A stretch of 64,000 nucleotides of DNA. Source: a bacterium. GTDB taxonomy: Bacteria; Bdellovibrionota; UBA1018. A program made the translations under genes and the position numbers. The stretch covers positions 6,635-70,634 of the forward strand of contig JAIEMT010000001.1 of assembly GCA_019751945.1 (NCBI GenBank), given 5' to 3'. The notes under the pieces are model-generated. The model did no database searches. It was not told the origin of the DNA and worked only from the letters and a program-made list of their open reading frames with translations. Each line of letters opens with the position of its first letter. Position 1 is the stretch's first letter. Below are positions 60,131-64,000 of the stretch, one piece after another.

Positions 60131-60164
60131 GGCCTCCAAGGGAAACCTTGGGGGCCTTTTTATT
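60131..60164 (+). terminator. Rho-independent terminator-like hairpin (GGCCTCCAAGGG-AAA-CCTTGGGGGCC) followed by TTTTTATTT
   Basis: Seen directly. An 11-bp GC-rich stem with one mismatch plus a U-tract. It lies 280 nt downstream of the nearest upstream CDS and 78 nt upstream of lipA. Confidence 0.5.
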
Positions 60165-60241
60165 TCAGCAGAAAGGGCAGCTCTCGCTTCACAGTGGCTG
60201 CGTCTTGCTTCTCCGACCTTAAATGTCTATAACTACGGGCC

Positions 60242-61279
60242 ATGGCTATCTTTAGAGAGCTCACGGTCCTAGAAGGCCCGCACACCCACGCTGATCATGC
60301 GCAGGGGCCGGCCCTAGGTCCTGCGATTGCGCGTCCGATTCCGCCCTCCCAGGCGGCTAAAATCCTCGCTGAAAAGAAACCTGCTTGGCTCAGGATTCGT
60401 CCGCCGGGTGGCGAGGCCTACACGAAAATTAAGGGACTCCTTCGAGAAAGAAACCTTCACACTGTTTGTGAAGAAGCGCACTGCCCGAACGTCGCTGAAT
60501 GCTGGGCGAGTGGCACAGCGACCTTCATGCTGGGTGGCGATACGTGCACGCGCGCCTGCCGTTTCTGCGCGGTGAAGACGGCGCGAATTCCGCCTCCGCT
60601 GGATCCGGAAGAACCCGCGAAAGTGGCCGAGAGTGTCGCTGCGCTGGGATTGCATTACGTCGTTCTCACTTCTGTGGATCGAGATGATTTAGAAGACGGT
60701 GGAGCCGGCCATTTTGCAAAAACGATTTCGGAATTAAAGCGGCATGACCCGGAAATTTTAGTCGAAGCTTTGGTCTCTGATTTCCGTGGCGATCCCGCTG
60801 CGGTTCACACCGTGGTGGAATCCGGCGTCGATGTTTATGCTCACAATATTGAGACCGTGAAGCGCCTTCAGTACCGCGTGCGCGATCCGCGTGCCGGCTA
60901 CGTCCAATCGCTCGCCGTGTTGCGAGCAGCTCGCGATCACGCGAAGGCCACTGGGCGGCGCATGTACACCAAGTCGTCCATCATGTTGGGCTTAGGTGAA
61001 ACGGATTCTGAAATTGACGCGACCTTAGATGATTTGCGGGACTACGGAGTCGACGTCGTGACCTTCGGACAGTATTTGCGCCCTTCGCTGCAGCACCTTC
61101 CGGTTGAGAAATACGTGACACCTGAGGAGTTTGCGCGCTATCAAGGATGGGCTGAGCAAAAAGGTTTTATCTACGCCGCTGCGGGACCGATGGTTCGTTC
61201 CAGTTACCGCGCCGGTGAATTGTTCTTACAGGGCTTGTTAAAAAACGGAGAGAAGACAGATGCACTTAAAACTTCCTGA
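60242..61279 (+). CDS. lipA: Lipoyl synthase
   Basis: [13 protein letters not shown], then the [13 protein letters not shown] and CTRACRFC clusters. Confidence 0.9.
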   Translation: MAIFRELTVLEGPHTHADHAQGPALGPAIARPIPPSQAAKILAEKKPAWLRIRPPGGEAYTKIKGLLRERNLHTVCEEAHCPNVAECWASGTATFMLGGDTCTRACRFCAVKTARIPPPLDPEEPAKVAESVAALGLHYVVLTSVDRDDLEDGGAGHFAKTISELKRHDPEILVEALVSDFRGDPAAVHTVVESGVDVYAHNIETVKRLQYRVRDPRAGYVQSLAVLRAARDHAKATGRRMYTKSSIMLGLGETDSEIDATLDDLRDYGVDVVTFGQYLRPSLQHLPVEKYVTPEEFARYQGWAEQKGFIYAAAGPMVRSSYRAGELFLQGLLKNGEKTDALKTS

Positions 61280-62549
61280 ACTCGGTGAAGGCGTCCACGA
61301 AGGCGAACTCGTTAAATGGAGAGTGAAGCCGGGGGATACTGTGAAGGACGATCAAGTCGTTTGCGAAATCATGACCGACAAAGCGACGGTGGAATTGCCA
61401 GCTCCGTTTCACGGTAAGGTGACCGCGCTTCTCGCAAAAGAAGGCGAGATGATTAAAGTCGGCCAAGAAATTCTCTCTTATGAAGGGGGTGCTGTGGCTG
61501 CGGCTTCTGCGTCGCCATCGCTCAGCGCTTCTTCAAATGGTGCTTCAAAGCCGGCTCCAGCTCCAGCCATGTCGGCGGCTCCTGCTTCGAAACCTGCTTC
61601 GGCTCCCGCAGTGAGCGCTGCAGCCGTGGGTGGCCCCGTAGCTGCCGCGCCGTCGACTCGCAAATTTGCTCGCGAATCGGGAGTAGAGCTTGGTCGTGTC
61701 GCTGGCACTGGTCCTGCCGGCCGCGTGATGCGTGAAGATGTTGAAAAGTTTATCGGCGCAGGTGCCGTGGCTGCTGGCCCGGCGATGGTTCCGTCGCGTG
61801 GTACTCCGATGCGCGCACCGAGTGTCGGTGGTCATACGGAAGAGCGCGTTCCGTTCCGTGGATTGCGTAAAAAGATTTCCGAAAAAATGCGCCAGTCGAA
61901 AGACCATGCGGCTCATTTCACTTACGTGGAAGAGGCCGATGTCACCGAATTGGTGAAGCTGCGTTTGGCTGCTAAGGAAATCGGTCAAGCTCAAGGCGTG
62001 AAGGTGACTTTCGTTCCGTTCGTCATGAAGGCCATGGTCGCGGCATTGAAGAAGTACCCGATTTTGAATTCGTCGCTCGATGAAGAGAAGGGCGAGCTTG
62101 TTTACAAACACTATTACAACATCGGTCTGTCCGTTCAGACGGAAGATGGTCTCACCGCTCCCGTCATTAAGGATGTCGACCATAAGAGTATTTTAGAAGT
62201 CGCGCGCGACGTTCAAGAATTGGCTGAAAAGGCTCGCAACAAGCGCCTCCAGATGGATGATTTAAAGGATGGTACCATTACCCTCACGAATGCGGGAACG
62301 ATCGGTGGTTTGTTTGCAACTCCCATCATTAACTATCCGGAAGTGGCGATCTTGGGATTGAATAAGATTTTCAAGAAGCCCGTCGTAAAGACGATTAACG
62401 GCAAAGACGAAATCGTGATTCGCGATTGGACATACTTCTCGATTTCGCTCGATCACCGCGTGGTGGACGGCGCAGTGGGCGCAGAATTCATGAAGCTCTT
62501 CATTCAATACATTGAAAACCCAGCGTTGCTGGTTTTGGAGAGTCTGTAA
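61260..62549 (+). CDS. Dihydrolipoamide acyltransferase (E2 component of a 2-oxo acid dehydrogenase complex)
   Basis: N-terminal lipoyl domain ([19 protein letters not shown]), Ala/Pro linker, E3-binding domain, and a catalytic domain with DHRVVDGA. Substrate specificity (pyruvate, 2-oxoglutarate or branched-chain) cannot be assigned from sequence alone. Confidence 0.85.
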   Translation: MHLKLPELGEGVHEGELVKWRVKPGDTVKDDQVVCEIMTDKATVELPAPFHGKVTALLAKEGEMIKVGQEILSYEGGAVAAASASPSLSASSNGASKPAPAPAMSAAPASKPASAPAVSAAAVGGPVAAAPSTRKFARESGVELGRVAGTGPAGRVMREDVEKFIGAGAVAAGPAMVPSRGTPMRAPSVGGHTEERVPFRGLRKKISEKMRQSKDHAAHFTYVEEADVTELVKLRLAAKEIGQAQGVKVTFVPFVMKAMVAALKKYPILNSSLDEEKGELVYKHYYNIGLSVQTEDGLTAPVIKDVDHKSILEVARDVQELAEKARNKRLQMDDLKDGTITLTNAGTIGGLFATPIINYPEVAILGLNKIFKKPVVKTINGKDEIVIRDWTYFSISLDHRVVDGAVGAEFMKLFIQYIENPALLVLESL

Positions 62550-62550
62550 A

Positions 62551-63990
62551 ATGGCAACGACCAAACAAACGGCCGATGTCGTTGTATTAGGTTCGGGTCC
62601 TGCGGGCTATGTCTGCGCGATTCGCCTGGCTCAGTTAGGAAAGAAAGTCACCGTCATTGACCGCGATGAAGTGGGTGGCGTCTGCTTGAACCGGGGCTGC
62701 ATTCCTTCGAAGGCGTTGATCTACGCGGGAACTCAGTACGAAAAAGCCAAGCACGGCGAAGAGATGGGAATCACCGTCTCGGGCGCGAAGTTGGACATGA
62801 AGAAGCTCATGACCTGGAAAACTTCTGTCGTAAAAAAGCTCACTGGCGGCGTGGCAGGTTTGCTGAAAGCCAATGGTTGCACCTTTATTTCTGGAAACGC
62901 AAAGTTCACCGGCCCCACTTCCATGGAAGTGAAAACTGCGACCGACACGATTGCGCTGACGTACAGTCAGTGCGTGGTGGCAGCAGGCTCACGCCCAACC
63001 GCTTTGCCGGGTTACGAAGTGGATCAGAAGCGCATCTTGGATAGTACGGGTGCGCTCGATCAAACGGAGATTCCAAAAACCTTGCTCTGCATCGGTGGTG
63101 GGTACATCGGCCTGGAGTTGGGAACTTTCTACGCGAAGGTTGGGACTCAAGTGACGGTGGTCGAAGCAGGCCCAGGCTTGCTCGGCGGAGTCGATCCCGA
63201 TCTCACCAAAGTCGTTGCTAAGAATTTACAAAAGCGCGGCGTGACGGTGATGACCGGCACGAAAGTCATTTCCAAAAAAGACAATGCCAGCGGCATCGAA
63301 GTGACGTTTGAAAAAGACGGCACTAAGACCACTCAGATTTTTGAAAAAATTCTGATCACGATCGGCCGGACTTCGAATTCGGATCAATTGGATCTTGCGA
63401 AGACGGGCGTGAAGATGGATTCCAAGGGTTTCATCTTAGTCGATGCTCAACGTCGGACGAATGTTTCAAACATTTATGCGATCGGCGATATCGCGGGTCA
63501 GCCGCTCCTCGCTCATAAGGGTTCCAAAGAAGGTTTGGTGGCAGCTGAAGCCATTGCAGGTAAGAAAGTGGCTTACGATGTCCTCGCTATGCCGGCGGTG
63601 ATTTTCACGGATCCTGAAATTGCAGTCGTGGGTCTGACCGAAGCCGAAGCTCGTGCGAAGGGCATTGAACCCAAGGTGGGGCAGTTCCCCTTTGCGGCCA
63701 ATGGTCGTGCGCTTTCGGTCGCTGAACCCGATGGCTTTGTGAAAATGATTGGCGATGCCAAGACGGGGCGTTTGCTCGGCGTGCACATCGTGGGCGCGGA
63801 AGCTTCGAACCTGATTTCTGAAGCGGCACTCGCTATTGAAATGGGCGCCCAGGTCGAAGATTTGTCTCTGACCGTGCACCCGCATCCGACTCTGCCTGAG
63901 ACCTTGATGGAAGCGGCCGAAGCAACGCTGGGCCACGCCATTCACATCTTCCAAAAGAAGTCGCCGTCTCAGCCCAGCGCTCGAATTTAG
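62551..63990 (+). CDS. lpd: Dihydrolipoyl dehydrogenase (E3)
   Basis: Start trimmed to MATTKQTADVVVLGSGPAGY (ATG 1 nt after the E2 stop, GGAGAG SD). GGVCLNRGCIPSK redox disulfide and a C-terminal HAHPTLPE-like interface motif. Confidence 0.9.
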   Translation: MATTKQTADVVVLGSGPAGYVCAIRLAQLGKKVTVIDRDEVGGVCLNRGCIPSKALIYAGTQYEKAKHGEEMGITVSGAKLDMKKLMTWKTSVVKKLTGGVAGLLKANGCTFISGNAKFTGPTSMEVKTATDTIALTYSQCVVAAGSRPTALPGYEVDQKRILDSTGALDQTEIPKTLLCIGGGYIGLELGTFYAKVGTQVTVVEAGPGLLGGVDPDLTKVVAKNLQKRGVTVMTGTKVISKKDNASGIEVTFEKDGTKTTQIFEKILITIGRTSNSDQLDLAKTGVKMDSKGFILVDAQRRTNVSNIYAIGDIAGQPLLAHKGSKEGLVAAEAIAGKKVAYDVLAMPAVIFTDPEIAVVGLTEAEARAKGIEPKVGQFPFAANGRALSVAEPDGFVKMIGDAKTGRLLGVHIVGAEASNLISEAALAIEMGAQVEDLSLTVHPHPTLPETLMEAAEATLGHAIHIFQKKSPSQPSARI

Positions 63991-64000
63991 GAGAGCCATG

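Noticed and set aside
1-64000. Searched for tRNA, rRNA, transposase/integrase genes, att-like direct repeats and abrupt compositional shifts that would mark a mobile island
   Set aside because: None found by eye. Intergenic regions are short, no DDE/tyrosine-recombinase motifs were seen in any frame, and GC content looks uniform. The accessory modules therefore appear chromosomally embedded rather than on an obvious mobile element.

Overview
This 64 kb window is chromosomal, about 50% GC, and densely packed with genes. The housekeeping genes and the very high proportion of small signal-peptide proteins suggest a Bdellovibrio-like predatory deltaproteobacterium, though I could not confirm that from sequence alone. 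I found no rRNA, tRNA, CRISPR array, transposase or integrase.

Recognisable core genes:
- NADP-dependent malic enzyme (maeB), RidA, ribosomal protein L28 (rpmB), the nucleotide-sanitising pyrophosphatase RdgB, the rRNA methyltransferase RlmN and UvrA.
- A cell-shape operon mreC-mreD-PBP2-rodA, followed by a TIGR01212 radical-SAM gene.
- Adenosylhomocysteinase (ahcY), a panB-coaX-panC operon and a dGTPase-like HD hydrolase.
- lipA followed by the E2 and E3 (lpd) components of a 2-oxo-acid dehydrogenase.

Accessory modules that are not explained by housekeeping function:
- A tightly packed six-gene minus-strand operon: MoxR ATPase, DUF58, a transglutaminase-like TgpA, a HAMP-domain receptor adenylate cyclase, a 646-aa secreted repeat protein and a lipoprotein.
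- A two-gene pair sharing the same Fn3-like repeat: an inner-membrane FecR-domain protein with six repeats, and an outer-membrane beta-barrel with two N-terminal copies.
- A divergent lipid-type cassette: acyl-CoA ligase plus a FabH-like condensing enzyme on one strand, and a FabG-like reductase plus two alpha/beta hydrolases on the other. Its composition resembles an oleABCD-type olefin or beta-lactone pathway.
- Two tandemly duplicated secreted proteins resembling subtilisin propeptide (inhibitor I9) domains, translationally coupled to a cytoplasmic HTH-like protein.
- A tandem family of small secreted paralogs.
- A histone-H1-like protein with a His-Asp repeat tail encoded by a coding microsatellite.
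- An orphan TadG-like pseudopilin.
- A perfect 24-bp hairpin inside the unusually long leader of ahcY.
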